From positions 64,001 to 128,000 of the forward strand of contig JBFMAF010000037.1 in NCBI GenBank assembly GCA_040755995.1: a DNA stretch of 64,000 bases, in the 5' to 3' direction. The position numbers and the translations under genes are program-made. The DNA is from Acidobacteriota bacterium (GTDB lineage: Bacteria > Acidobacteriota > CAIWXX01). This document shows positions 52,442-62,958 of the stretch, in pieces. How positions within the stretch are numbered: the first letter of the stretch is position 1; every line of letters begins with the position of its first letter. The notes beneath the pieces were generated by a model. The model was not told the DNA's origin. It ran no database searches and worked only from the letters and a program-made list of their open reading frames with translations.

Positions 52442-54658
52442 ATGGGAATGAATGCTGCCCGCTCTTACAATCGCTTGCGACCGCTCTGCGGCTCCGTCTT
52501 GCTTCTCCTCTGTGCGTCTCCTGCCCACGCCCTGGATGGGCGCGTGATCTTGGCTGACACCGGCCGGCCCGTTGCGGGCGCGGAGGTGTCGATCCTTGGG
52601 AGAACGGCGACGGCGCGCACCGACGCTGCGGGGCGATTCGTGCTGAGGCCCGACCCGGTACCTCCGTTCGAGATTCTCGTCGTACTCCCTGGCGAGCGCT
52701 ACTTGCGTCCGATACTGGTGGAGCGCATCCCGGAGGATGGCCCGCTGGATGTGGCGGTGGTTCCGGTGATCATGGAGTCCGTGACAGTGACGGGGGCTGC
52801 GCCCGACGTCGAATCGGCGCCGGCCGCCGGCACCACCTTGGTTTCGCACAACGATATCGAGACTCGCCAACCGGCCAACCTCACCCAGGCGCTGGAGAAC
52901 GTCCCCGGTGTCTCTCAAGTTTCGGAGGGGCAGGCGGCAGTGCCGGCCATCCGAGGGCTTGCCCGCGGCCGCACGCTGATACTCATCGACGGCGCTCGAG
53001 TCACGAGCGAGCGTCGAGTGGGTCCCAGCGCAACATACATGGATCCATTCGCGCTCGAAGGCATCGAGGTGGCCCGCGGGCCGGGCTCGGTGGCATACGG
53101 GTCGGACGCGTTCGGCGGTGTGATCGATGCTCGCACGAGGCGCCCGGCCCCTGGCGCGCCGCTGGCGATTCGGTTCGTCGGCAGCCTCGGGGCGGGGGTT
53201 CCCCAGCAGCGTGCCGGGGTGGAGGTCAGCAGAGGGCTGGGAGAGGGTGGTGTCTTGTTCCAGGGCCATTTTCGAAACCTGGACGACTACCGCAGCCCGG
53301 GGGGCACGGTGTTCAACTCGGCATCACGCGATGGAGGGTGGCTGGCGCGCTGGGAGCAGGCGGCCGGGCCCGGGCTGCTGTCGGTCGGATGGCAGAGCGA
53401 CCTGGGGCGCGACATCGAGCGGCCACGGAACAACTCGCGCACGACCCGGTTTTATTATCCCACCGAGGACTCGCACCGCTTCACCGCCTCCTACGACTCC
53501 GGCCCGGTCTGGGGGCTCAATCGCTTGACGCTCAGCTCGTTTGTCGGAAGCTATCACGTCGTCACCGATCAGGACAGGTTCACCACCGCGGCGAAACCAA
53601 GGCGGATCGAGCGCGCCGACGTCGATGCGAACGACTTCCACGTGCGCACCGCGGGAGAGAAGCTTGTGGGCAAGGCTCGCATCCAGTTCGGCGCCGACGT
53701 CAACGGCCGGTTCGATCTGGAGGCCGAGGACGTTTACGTCGACTTCGATGCCGACGGGCACGAGAGTGAACGAGAGGTGATCCAGACGATCGAGAACGCC
53801 GTCAGAACGGACGCTGGTCTCTTCGTGATGGCCGAGGGCGCGATCCATCCGCGTGTGAGTCTGGCGGGCGGTGCACGCGTAGACCGAGTGACCACCAGGA
53901 ACGACGGTGGCTACTTCGGCGATCGATCCACCGCCAACTCCGCTCTCTCCGGCTATGCGGCCGCGACCTTCGACAGCAGCAAAGGCGTCAACCTAACGCT
54001 GCAGATCGCACGTGGATTTCGCGACCCAGTCCTCTCAGATCGCTATTTCCGCGGCGTGACGGGGCGTGGATTCATCACGGGGAATCCGGATCTGGAACCC
54101 GAGACCAGCCTTCAATTCGACACTGCGCTCCGCTACACGGCCGGCCGCTGGCGAGTTGCCGGATTCTACTACGAGTACCGGATAGACGACCTGATCGAGA
54201 GATACCAGACGGACCCCGACTTCTTCTTCTTTCGCAATCGAGGCCGGGCTCGGCTTCGCGGAGTGGAGTTGGAAGGGCAGGGCGAGCTCGGTCACCGGCT
54301 GAGCCTGCAGGTGAGCGGCCAGATCCAGCGAGGCCGCGTTCTGGACGACGACACGCCCATGGATGACATCGCGCCGGGTACTCTCTCGATCCAGCTTCGA
54401 CGCGAAATCGGAAGTCGCGGCTTCGCGCAGGTTCGGACCGCCTTCTACGCGAAACGCGATGACCCGGGTCCGACCGAGGTGGCTACACCGGGCTACTGGT
54501 TGCTCGACGCCGCCGGCGGCTGGAAGCTTGCCGACCAAGCCGAACTGCGCATCCTGCTTCGCAACCTGCTTGACCGCGAGTACCCGGTGAGTCCCGACGC
54601 ACGCGCCGTCCCTGCACCCGGCATCTCGGGCCTCCTGACCTTCGTCCTCAAGCTGTAG
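52442..54658 (+). CDS. TonB-dependent receptor
   Basis: Signal peptide; plug motifs IRGL, LIDG, IEVARGPGSVAYGSDAFGGVI; GNPDLEPET, RNLLDR. Confidence 0.92.
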   Translation: MGMNAARSYNRLRPLCGSVLLLLCASPAHALDGRVILADTGRPVAGAEVSILGRTATARTDAAGRFVLRPDPVPPFEILVVLPGERYLRPILVERIPEDGPLDVAVVPVIMESVTVTGAAPDVESAPAAGTTLVSHNDIETRQPANLTQALENVPGVSQVSEGQAAVPAIRGLARGRTLILIDGARVTSERRVGPSATYMDPFALEGIEVARGPGSVAYGSDAFGGVIDARTRRPAPGAPLAIRFVGSLGAGVPQQRAGVEVSRGLGEGGVLFQGHFRNLDDYRSPGGTVFNSASRDGGWLARWEQAAGPGLLSVGWQSDLGRDIERPRNNSRTTRFYYPTEDSHRFTASYDSGPVWGLNRLTLSSFVGSYHVVTDQDRFTTAAKPRRIERADVDANDFHVRTAGEKLVGKARIQFGADVNGRFDLEAEDVYVDFDADGHESEREVIQTIENAVRTDAGLFVMAEGAIHPRVSLAGGARVDRVTTRNDGGYFGDRSTANSALSGYAAATFDSSKGVNLTLQIARGFRDPVLSDRYFRGVTGRGFITGNPDLEPETSLQFDTALRYTAGRWRVAGFYYEYRIDDLIERYQTDPDFFFFRNRGRARLRGVELEGQGELGHRLSLQVSGQIQRGRVLDDDTPMDDIAPGTLSIQLRREIGSRGFAQVRTAFYAKRDDPGPTEVATPGYWLLDAAGGWKLADQAELRILLRNLLDREYPVSPDARAVPAPGISGLLTFVLKL

Positions 54659-54866
54659 CACGGGTCCACGCGCACGGTCCAGTGGTCGCCCGATGCCGCG
54701 GGCCGCATGGACTGGGCGGTGCTCCAGCCGGGCGCGCGACTTATTCCAAAACCACGAACGCAAAGGCGATGCCGCGGCGGTTCAGGGCAGGTATCTGAGA
54801 TTCGGGGTGTACATGGTACGGAGGACGCACTCCGAATTTCAGGCAGGCATTTGGACTCGGTGGCGC

Positions 54867-54895
54867 TTGACTGCATTCGACAAACCGGTTATACA
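54867..54895 (+). promoter_or_regulatory. Sigma70-type promoter of the ars operon
   Basis: TTGACT-N17-TATACA followed by GGAGGAGG RBS. Confidence 0.55.
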
Positions 54896-54918
54896 GATAT
54901 GTTTGTGGAGGAGGCAAC

Positions 54919-55326
54919 TTGAAGGAGGCGGCTCGGTTCTTCAAAGTCCTGGCCGATGAAGCGCGGCTGCAGATGCTCTGGCTCCTGTTCAACCAGAAGG
55001 ATCTCTGCGTCTGCGACATCATGGCGGCGCTCGGGATCACGCAATCCAAGGCGTCCAGGCACCTGAGCACTCTGCGGCACGCAGGCCTGGTGATCGATCG
55101 GAAGGATGGGCTTTGGTCGCACTACGCGCTGCGTCCAGCCGCTGACGATCTCGCGAAAGCACATCTCAGGCTCCTCCGTGCGGGTCTGGCGCACCGCGCA
55201 GGCGCGGAGGCGCTCCTGAGCAGGCTCCATGAATGGCTCGAAACGAAGAGACGCGACACTGTCTGCCTGCCGGCGAAGAAGCGGCTGGCCGCGGGGCGGA
55301 CGGGACGTCGTGGAGGTACACGATGA
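54919..55326 (+). CDS. arsR: ArsR/SmtB family repressor
   Basis: [22 protein letters not shown]; first gene of the acr3 operon. Confidence 0.9.
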   Translation: MKEAARFFKVLADEARLQMLWLLFNQKDLCVCDIMAALGITQSKASRHLSTLRHAGLVIDRKDGLWSHYALRPAADDLAKAHLRLLRAGLAHRAGAEALLSRLHEWLETKRRDTVCLPAKKRLAAGRTGRRGGTR

Positions 55327-56411
55327 GAAACGAGTCCATTGCAATCACCGGCGCTCACTCCGAAGGGGTGGCAGGGCGTCTGTCCTTCCTCGATCGCTTT
55401 CTGACAGTCTGGATCTTCCTGGCAATGGCGGCGGGTGTAGGTGCCGGATACCTCTATCCCGGCATTGTGCCGCTGCTAAACAAGTTCAGCGTCGGCACGA
55501 CCTCGGTGCCAATCGCCATCGGCCTCATTCTGATGATGTACCCGCCGCTGGCGAAGGTCCGCTACGAGGAGATGGGTCCGGTCTTCCGCAACATCAAGGT
55601 ACTCGGGCTGTCGCTGGTGCAGAATTGGGTGGTCGGCCCGCTGCTGATGTTCGGCCTGGCTGTGCTCTTCCTGCACGACAAGCCCGAGTACATGGTCGGC
55701 CTCATCATGATCGGTCTGGCTCGCTGCATCGCCATGGTCATCGTCTGGAACGATCTGGCCAGGGGCGACACCGAGTACTGCGCGGGGCTCGTGGCGTTCA
55801 ACTCGATCTTCCAGGTTCTGTTCTACTCGGTCTACGCCTACATCTTCATCACCGTGGTGCCCACCTGGTTCGGTCTCAAGGGTGTGGCGGTCAATATCAC
55901 GATCGGTGAGATTGCGAAGAGTGTCTTCATATACCTCGGCATCCCCTTCCTCACGGGCATAATCACCCGCTTCACGCTCATCACGCTGAAGGACAAGCGC
56001 TGGTACCATGAGCGGTTCATTCCGAAGATCAGCCCGATCACGCTCATTGCGCTGCTCTTCACCATCGTGGTGATGTTTTCGCTCAAGGGTGAGACCATCG
56101 TCGAGCTCCCGCTCGACGTAGCCCGAATCGCCGTGCCGCTCCTCATCTACTTCGTGGTGATGTTCTTCATCTCGTTCTTCATGTCGAAGAAGGCCGGTGC
56201 GACCTACGGGCAGTCCGCGACGCTGTCGTTCACGGCGGCCTCTAACAATTTCGAGCTGGCCATCGCTGTGGCCGTTGCGACCTTCGGAATCCACCACGGC
56301 GGTGCCTTCGCCGCGGTCATCGGGCCGCTGGTCGAGGTGCCGGCGCTCATCGGCCTGGTCAATGTCTCGCTGTGGCTCGGGCGCCGGTACTACGGGCTGA
56401 AGGCGGCGTGA
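55323..56411 (+). CDS. acr3: Arsenite efflux transporter Acr3
   Basis: [44 protein letters not shown]. Confidence 0.96.
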   Translation: MRNESIAITGAHSEGVAGRLSFLDRFLTVWIFLAMAAGVGAGYLYPGIVPLLNKFSVGTTSVPIAIGLILMMYPPLAKVRYEEMGPVFRNIKVLGLSLVQNWVVGPLLMFGLAVLFLHDKPEYMVGLIMIGLARCIAMVIVWNDLARGDTEYCAGLVAFNSIFQVLFYSVYAYIFITVVPTWFGLKGVAVNITIGEIAKSVFIYLGIPFLTGIITRFTLITLKDKRWYHERFIPKISPITLIALLFTIVVMFSLKGETIVELPLDVARIAVPLLIYFVVMFFISFFMSKKAGATYGQSATLSFTAASNNFELAIAVAVATFGIHHGGAFAAVIGPLVEVPALIGLVNVSLWLGRRYYGLKAA

Positions 56412-57127
56412 ACGTGACGTTTCCAGGCGCCATTCGGATCGAGGTGCTCGTGTTCGAGGGGTGCCCCCATGCCGAGGAAGCCATCGGCCTGGCCAGCGCG
56501 GTCGCAGAGGGACTCGGCCCGGGGATCGCAGTCGAGCGGGTGGAGGTGGACACGCCGGAGAAGGCCGCGGCTGTGGGGTTCCTTGGCTCTCCGTCAATCC
56601 GGGTGAACGGTCTGGATGTCGAGGGCAGGACGGCGGACAGGGGGGAGCTCTGCTGCCGCACATATGAGGGCGGCTCCGGGGTTCCGCCCGCCTGGATGGT
56701 CGAGGCCGCGGTGCTGAGGGCACTGCGGCCCCGTGGGGTTCTCTTCCTCTGCGTTGCCAATTCCGCGCGGAGCCAGATGGCCGAGGCGATCGCGCGCTCG
56801 ATCGCCCCACCCGGCACGAAAGTGTGGTCAGCCGGCTCGCGGCCTACGAGCGTCCGGCCCGAGGCGATCACGGTACTGCAAGAGATCAGCATCGACATGT
56901 CGGGACACCGGTCGAAGGCGGTATCCGAGATCCCCGCAGGCCAGGTGGACACGGTGATCACGCTGTGCGGCGAGGAGGAGTGCCCGGTGTTTCTCGGCAA
57001 TGCGCGGCGCCTGCATTGGGGCATTCATGACCCAGCCGCCGCAACCGGCTCCGAGACCGACCGCCTGAATGCCTTCAGGCAGGTTCGTGATGAGCTGCGG
57101 CGCCGCATCGAAGCATTCCTCCAGTAG
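56408..57127 (+). CDS. arsC: Thioredoxin-like (DF-family-like) domain fused to LMWP-type arsenate reductase
   Basis: [40 protein letters not shown]...[10 protein letters not shown]. Confidence 0.85.
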   Translation: MNVTFPGAIRIEVLVFEGCPHAEEAIGLASAVAEGLGPGIAVERVEVDTPEKAAAVGFLGSPSIRVNGLDVEGRTADRGELCCRTYEGGSGVPPAWMVEAAVLRALRPRGVLFLCVANSARSQMAEAIARSIAPPGTKVWSAGSRPTSVRPEAITVLQEISIDMSGHRSKAVSEIPAGQVDTVITLCGEEECPVFLGNARRLHWGIHDPAAATGSETDRLNAFRQVRDELRRRIEAFLQ

Positions 57128-57363
57128 CGATCGTCCGGAGGAGTGATCCGGTGACGGAGATCGCGAACTGCACTCAAGAATCAGACAGCGCGCAAGACCG
57201 TTCGTATTCACATCTGGTGGCATCCCTGGCGTCGTTCATCTGACGCAACGCAGCGGCAGCGGTCGGTGGCTTGATCCGCCGGGCTCAGGCCCCAAGCTTT
57301 CGGCACACCTCGACGGCCGTGTCGATGGCCGTCCCCACTGCCAGCGGTTGAAGACGCCGCAGG

Positions 57364-57885
57364 CTACGCGCCCGCCTGGCGCAGCAGCTCGGTGATCCTC
57401 ACCAGGTGGTGGTCATCGTGCTCGGCGGCGAACACCATCAAGTCCAGGACTCGCATCGGCCGATTCAGACGCGGATGATGGGCCGATCGGGCAGCGCCCT
57501 GCTCGTCCAGAGCTTCGAGGCGCCCGACGAGCCCTCTTCTCGCTTGCCGGAACGTCTCCAGAAGAGCATCGGGCTCTGCTTCATTGTACTTGCTCTCCTC
57601 GGTGGCCCGGTTGGTCATGTCAGCGGGTCGCAACGCTTCCAGGCCGGCGTCGTAGTCGTCCAGGCGAAGCAGCCAGAGGCTTTCGGCCTGGACGAGATGG
57701 CCGATGTTCTCCAGGATTGACCAGGACTCACCCGATCGTTTCCGCAGAACGTCGTCGGGCAGGCCGCGGATCCGATCGGCGACGCGAGCGGGCGTGCCCC
57801 GGAGCCGTTCGAGCACGTTCGGGAACATCGAGATCGGCAGGTCCAAGGAAAAGCGACGCTCGAGCCATGCGGCTCTCTGCACCAT
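57364..57885 (-). CDS. DinB family protein
   Basis: WSILENIGHL, HHPRL, AEHDDHHL. Confidence 0.85.
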   Translation of the reverse strand: MVQRAAWLERRFSLDLPISMFPNVLERLRGTPARVADRIRGLPDDVLRKRSGESWSILENIGHLVQAESLWLLRLDDYDAGLEALRPADMTNRATEESKYNEAEPDALLETFRQARRGLVGRLEALDEQGAARSAHHPRLNRPMRVLDLMVFAAEHDDHHLVRITELLRQAGA

Positions 57886-57944
57886 GTGGGACTCCTTTCT
57901 GGGACAATCGTCTCCCGCCTCATACTATGCCAACCCGAGGGAGT

Positions 57945-58766
57945 CTACACCAACCAACCAGCGTAGAGATCCGGGCGCCTGTCTCGCAAGAACAGAGTGC
58001 GCGCATGCGAGCCACGCACCAGGCTCAGATCGAGGTCGCTGAGGAGGATCTCTTCGGTGCCCTCGGCGGCTCGTGCTATCACCGAGCCCGTCGGATCGCA
58101 GACGAATGACTGCCCTGCGAACGTGAGCTTGGGCTCGGGGCCCACGCGGTTGCACAAGGCGGTGAAGTAGCCGTTCTGGAAGGCCGCCACACGCATCTCG
58201 GCTTCGAACAGGCCCTCCGGCCACTCGCCGGCGGCTCCCGCCTGCGGAATCACCACGATCTCCGCTCCGCGCAACGCAAGCGCGCGCGTGTATTCGGGGT
58301 AGTGCCGATCGTAGCAGATGGCCACGCCGATCCTGCCGAAGGCAGTCTCGTAGACCGGCGTCCCCCTGTCACCGGGCGTGTAGTAGCTCTGTTCGTGGAA
58401 GCATGGGTAGTCCGTGATGTGGATCATGCGCGTGACACCGAGGAGCTTCCCGCCGGCATCGATCACAGGAGACGAGTCGTACGCTCGATCTCCGGCGCGC
58501 TCGTAGAGATTCAGCACGAACACGATGCCGAGATCGCGCGCGTGTGTCGAGAAGAGCTCTGTTGTGGGACCCGGAACGGTCTCCGCAAGTGACAGGTGAT
58601 CGCCGCTGGAGCACTGCTGCGGATGGAACGGGTCGAATGCGAGCTCGGCGAAGCACACGATCTGCGCTCCGCCTCGCGCCGCCTCGTGGGCGGCGATGAT
58701 TCCCTTCTCGATGTTGGCCCGCCGGTCCGTGGTGGCTGTCTGCTGGACGAGCGCTATTCTCGGCAT
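57945..58766 (-). CDS. Carbon-nitrogen hydrolase (N-carbamoylputrescine amidase-like)
   Basis: FAEL, YYTPGD, GVAICYD..YPE, NRVG. Confidence 0.88.
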   Translation of the reverse strand: MPRIALVQQTATTDRRANIEKGIIAAHEAARGGAQIVCFAELAFDPFHPQQCSSGDHLSLAETVPGPTTELFSTHARDLGIVFVLNLYERAGDRAYDSSPVIDAGGKLLGVTRMIHITDYPCFHEQSYYTPGDRGTPVYETAFGRIGVAICYDRHYPEYTRALALRGAEIVVIPQAGAAGEWPEGLFEAEMRVAAFQNGYFTALCNRVGPEPKLTFAGQSFVCDPTGSVIARAAEGTEEILLSDLDLSLVRGSHARTLFLRDRRPDLYAGWLV

Positions 58767-59080
58767 GGCTCCCAGTCCTTCATAAAGTGTCACATATGGC
58801 AGGCAGATCATATTCGCTGATGGGTAATTCGTCTATCTCGACGTGCGCCACGCCGGCTGACCCTCGGAGGCTGCATTCCGTTGCACGTGGTCCGCAGGTG
58901 GCCGTAGGAAAGGTCGCGGTATCTTTGCCGGGATTACGACGACGATTGTCTATGCCAGTGCTTGCCGCGCCACCGCGGTGAGACAGCCCTGCTTGACCTC
59001 AAGAGACACGCGGGGACGCGGTGGCGAGAGCTTGGCAATCATGAGTGGACCTGCTACACTCGCCCAAGGAGGTCGCGAGG

Positions 59081-59260
59081 ATGGAAAGAAGTCCACCTTC
59101 GGATCTGGCTCCGGACGAAACCGCGTCAATTGTGACGGCCATCGAAGGTGCGTCTACAGAAATAGCCCGCCTCCTTGAACAGATGACAAGGGACCAGGCG
59201 GAGATTGAGCGGCTCAAAGACGAGACGCGTGCGATACTGGAGGACTTGAAGGCGGCCTGA
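59081..59260 (+). CDS. Small coiled-coil hypothetical protein
   Basis: AAGGAGG RBS; heptad pattern DQAEIERLKDETRAILEDL. Confidence 0.5.
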   Translation: MERSPPSDLAPDETASIVTAIEGASTEIARLLEQMTRDQAEIERLKDETRAILEDLKAA

Positions 59261-59263
59261 GGC

Positions 59264-59531
59264 ATGCTGAAGCAGCTCTTCGAACTGGTCAGGCAACTGT
59301 TGGTGTTCGCCCGCGAGACGGAGCGGAAGAAGGCGGAGATCAAGGAGTTGCATCGGGAGTTGAGGGAATCGCGGGGTCGTGCAGCGTCTTGCCTACGAGA
59401 TTCACAGGGTCAAAGAGGACAATGCGCATGAGCGGGACAAGATTGCACTCCGCTTGGAAAACGCGCTGTTGAAGCTCGAGCGCCGATTACCCGTGCCGGG
59501 GTCATCGCAAGAAGAAAACGATCTCAGCTGA
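59264..59531 (+). pseudogene. Small coiled-coil gene with apparent frameshift
   Basis: MLKQLFELVRQLL...ELHRELR continues in another frame as VQRLAYEIHRVKED...LENALLKLERRLP. Confidence 0.45.
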
Positions 59532-59581
59532 CGGCGCCTTGCGGCCCGAGCGGCTCGTGCGCGGCGCCGGGGGAGGGAACG

Positions 59582-60064
59582 ATGCGTTTCCGGGATCACT
59601 CCGTCAGTCAAGTCCGGGTAGGGCTTCACAGCATCGGAGTCGCCGGGCTGGGCGATGCGTTGCGGCGCGCCGCGCAGTCCGGTCTGCAGGACCGCGAGGC
59701 GATCATCGACCTGATCATGGAGGATCTTGCGGCGCGGAACTACACTCCGGAGAACCTCGCCGAGGACTATCGGACAGCAGTGTGGCGGGAGTACCTGCGC
59801 AGCAAGGGAGAGGATTTCAGCGAGTACTACTCGGCCGTGCCGGTGACAATCCGCGGCGAGCCGGGCGAGGACCGCGATCGATTCGTTAGCCTCGTAGAGG
59901 CGGTGTTGGCTCGGTTCGAGCTGCGACCGGTCTTCAGCTTTGCGCCAGCCGGCCCGGATGGGCCGAACCCGCAGCTGGCTATCGGCGAGGAAACCATCGC
60001 GCGGGGGCTGCACACCCGGCTGAGCCTCGAGACTGCCGTTCGCAATTCGCTCTCGGGCTGGTGA
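59582..60064 (+). CDS. Hypothetical protein, possible degenerate thioredoxin-like C-terminus
   Basis: GGGAGGG RBS; coherent 160-aa ORF. Confidence 0.6.
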   Translation: MRFRDHSVSQVRVGLHSIGVAGLGDALRRAAQSGLQDREAIIDLIMEDLAARNYTPENLAEDYRTAVWREYLRSKGEDFSEYYSAVPVTIRGEPGEDRDRFVSLVEAVLARFELRPVFSFAPAGPDGPNPQLAIGEETIARGLHTRLSLETAVRNSLSGW

Positions 60065-60194
60065 CCCGGCTGAAAATGATCACGGGGCGCGTGACGCCTC
60101 GAAATCGACGGGAGCCCGGGAACGGCCCACCAGCAGCCGGGAGGTCGCGGAGCCGTTCGTAGAAGCGAGTTCGAACGGCCCTCAGGCTTCCCGG

Positions 60195-60530
60195 TCAGGT
60201 TGAGTCAGTTCCTTCGCCTACGAAGCCGCACGCAGTCAGAAGCGCCTTGCGGACGTCATGCCATCTCGATTCCGGCAGACTGCATATGGCCGGCCCAATC
60301 CGGTCGCGTTGGGCCAGCGACACGTGGTCAAGGTTCAGAGCGCATATGACGGGCAGGCCGTCATCCGACGAGAGGACCACCTCTGTTGTCAGGCCACGAA
60401 TCGTACGCGTTATGGGCGCAACGATGATTTCGTTCAACTGGTCGATTACATCGTTTCGTGTGAGGACCAAGACCGGGCGGCGCTTGTCCGGCGGCCGAAA
60501 TGTGTACCATCTGATTTCGCCGCGCTTCAA
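60195..60530 (-). CDS. PemK/MazF family endoribonuclease toxin
   Basis: LKRGEIRW, DKRRPVLVL, VAPIT; TTG start overlaps the upstream stop. Confidence 0.9.
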   Translation of the reverse strand: MKRGEIRWYTFRPPDKRRPVLVLTRNDVIDQLNEIIVAPITRTIRGLTTEVVLSSDDGLPVICALNLDHVSLAQRDRIGPAICSLPESRWHDVRKALLTACGFVGEGTDST

Positions 60531-60736
60531 TCGATCTCCTCCCAACCTCCGGCATCCCAGGAAAGCGGTTCTTCATCGCTTGAGAACTCCTCGATCGAGG
60601 GGGGAAACGCACGGTATGCAGCAGATTCGTCTGCTCCCCCTTTCACGCTGATCAACCGAAGCAGTCGAAGGCGCTGCTCGTGCGTCAGGCAGGCAATCAG
60701 TGGGAGAATGTCATCGGCCGTGAGTGACCTCGCCAT
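60527..60736 (-). CDS. Putative antitoxin
   Basis: 69 aa, acidic tail (EEFSSDEEPLSWDAGGWEEID), translationally coupled upstream of the toxin. Confidence 0.65.
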   Translation of the reverse strand: MARSLTADDILPLIACLTHEQRLRLLRLISVKGGADESAAYRAFPPSIEEFSSDEEPLSWDAGGWEEID

Positions 60737-61048
60737 ATGCATATTTTATCAGAAACTTCAGGCGACTAAACAGCACGTCATGAGTCCACAGCCGATTCAA
60801 CACGTCGACGGAATGCATGACGCGTCCTATTCGCCGGGATGACCTCAGGCATCGCATCGGCCATTCGGCACGCCCGCGGCTGCGACTCCGAACATGACGG
60901 GTCCGGTGCCTATCGATGAGCTTCGGAGGATCCTGCGGACCCAGCTGCAATAGACACGGCGCGGTTGAGATGGAAACCGCCTCCCGCGAACAGTTCCTGT
61001 ACGCGGCGGATGCGAACCGCGGGGCGAGGTGATCCTACAGGCGGCGAA

Positions 61049-61390
61049 TCAGAATGGCGAATCGGGTAGACTCAGGCCGGCGGACTTCCCTTGCTCGAAC
61101 GCATCGAACCGCAGCAGCCAGAGGCCGATGCCCGCCACACCCTGCATGTAGCCTGTCTGAGCGATTGCGTTGCCCGGCTCCGTGCGGTTCTCCGGCTGCA
61201 CCCACACGAATGCCTTGCCGTGGCGCGTCGCGTGCTGGACCAGGTGGTCGCTCATCCTCCGCGCGAAGACGAAATACTCCTCTTTCCCGGTGACCTTGTA
61301 GAGTGCGAGAAAGAACTCCCCGAGGCCCGCCGAGCCGCAGCGCCGGCTGACGTTCCAGAATCCGGGCTGCGGGGTCTCTGGGATCTGCCA
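61049..61390 (-). pseudogene. LanC-like (lanthionine synthetase C) C-terminal remnant
   Basis: PGFWNVSRRCGSAGLGEFFLALYKVTG...TGYMQGVAGIG; no N-terminus. Confidence 0.65.
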
Positions 61391-61632
61391 CCCGTCTGCT
61401 GCGTCCCCTTCTGACTGTATGCGATGGCAGGTGTGTAGGCAACGGTCTTCCCCATCTTGCGCGATTCACTTGGCCGGTGTTCGGATTATCTTCGCCACCA
61501 GGTTCGCCGTCGGGTCCGGGCAGCGGACATACTCTGTCGTCAGCCCGGCCGGATCGACTACTTTCTCGTACGGCGTGCCCTCGTACATCCATGGCAGCGA
61601 TACGCCCCACTCCAACAGACGCACGAAATCGT

Positions 61633-61950
61633 TCATGCTTGAGCGCAGCCAAGCGGTTCACCCCAGGTGTTTCTGATGCAGGTCTGGCAGGCGAGATTGC
61701 AGCGCGTCGTGGGTTCGATGTAGACACGGGCGAGGGCATGTATGTTGGGGAGGATCTCGAAGCGCCCTCCCCCGTCCACGATGTGGACGGAAGCCCCAGG
61801 GGCAAGGCCCAGTTTGCCGGCGATTGTCTCGGGCAGAACCAGATGCCCGTTCTCGTCCACGCGTATCTCTACGGGCCGTCTCGCTGCTTGGCTCTCGGGC
61901 GCTATGCGAGACACGCCCGCAGCGCTTTCGCCTTTCTCAGAATAGGGCAT
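61633..61950 (-). pseudogene. Truncated radical SAM gene with AbrB-like N-terminus
   Basis: RVDENGHLVLP..GLAPG; VYIEPTTRCNLACQTC (CxxxCxxC) then a premature end. Confidence 0.7.
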
Positions 61951-62069
61951 CTATTCGACTCACGCTCGAACGCAGCTCCCGCTGACCGCACCCACCCCGA
62001 AGTCACCCTTGATGCACGTGTCGAGCAAGGGGCGGAGCCGATGTCAGACGGCCTGATCCGCTCCGCTAC

Positions 62070-62315
62070 TCACTGCCCCTTCAGCGAAGTGAACAGCTTC
62101 TTCAACTCCTCGACCGTTGGGACTCTGCCTGACACAACGATCTTGCCGTCGACAAGAATGGCGGGGGTCATCAGGACACCCATCGCGGTGAATTCGTTCA
62201 CGTCATGGACGTGGCTGATGTCGGCGGCGAGGTCGAGCTCCGCGCAGGCGTTGAAGACGTTCTTCTCGGTCGTCTGGCAACGCATGCAGCCTGGGCCGGC
62301 AACCTGGATCTTCAT
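62070..62315 (-). CDS. Small thioredoxin-like redox-active disulfide protein
   Basis: GPGCMRC, GVLMTPAILVDG, GRVP. Confidence 0.9.
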   Translation of the reverse strand: MKIQVAGPGCMRCQTTEKNVFNACAELDLAADISHVHDVNEFTAMGVLMTPAILVDGKIVVSGRVPTVEELKKLFTSLKGQ

Positions 62316-62683
62316 GCTGTCCTCCTCTCCTCTGTCCTCCGAGGCAACGTGGCGTGCTGGAGTGATCGCGCTTCCTCGACGCGCACCGATGCAGTCCTCC
62401 GCACAATCTCATGCGTGAGGCCCAGTATTCTGGCAATCTCCCTGTGCACAACTTCCGGGTATATCTTGGTGCCCTCTCTTCGGACGCGCAGCAACCCGCT
62501 GCGAACCAGGACCGAGAGATGGCGGGACACGTTGACCGGATGTTCGTCGAGCCTCGACGCAAGCTCGCACTGGCAGCATCCGGACTCGAGCAGCGATCTC
62601 AGAATCCGGATTCGCAGAGGGTGCGCAAAGGCGAGCAGAATCTCGGCCTCGATGCTTTCCGGACGAGTCGGGCGCGCGCTCAC
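62312..62683 (-). CDS. ArsR/SmtB family regulator
   Basis: AFAHPLRIRIL, CCQCEL, VSRHLSVL; GTG overlaps the upstream stop. Confidence 0.85.
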   Translation of the reverse strand: MSARPTRPESIEAEILLAFAHPLRIRILRSLLESGCCQCELASRLDEHPVNVSRHLSVLVRSGLLRVRREGTKIYPEVVHREIARILGLTHEIVRRTASVRVEEARSLQHATLPRRTEERRTA

Positions 62684-62925
62684 GTCAGGACCCGCTCTCT
62701 GACCAGCTTCACGATGTCGGAGCTCGATAGCAGCCGGCCCTGAGACACCAGGGAGCCGTCCACCACCAGGCCGGGCGAAGACCACATGCCAACCTGGGTC
62801 ATTCGCCCGATCTCCTCCACCTTGACCACATCCACATCCGCCGGGAGCTCCTTCTTGGCCTCCAGCGCCGACTCGTACAGCTTCTTGCATTTTGGGCACC
62901 CGGGCCCAAGCACTTCAACTTTCAT
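62680..62925 (-). CDS. Small thioredoxin-like redox-active disulfide protein
   Basis: GPGCPKC, SPGLVVDG. Confidence 0.9.
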   Translation of the reverse strand: MKVEVLGPGCPKCKKLYESALEAKKELPADVDVVKVEEIGRMTQVGMWSSPGLVVDGSLVSQGRLLSSSDIVKLVRERVLT

Positions 62926-62958
62926 CGCGCGTTCCTCTCCCTTTCCCGGGACACCTCG

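Noticed and set aside
62070..62925. Selenoproteins among the small thioredoxins
   Set aside because: Both have ordinary CxxC codons and no in-frame TGA
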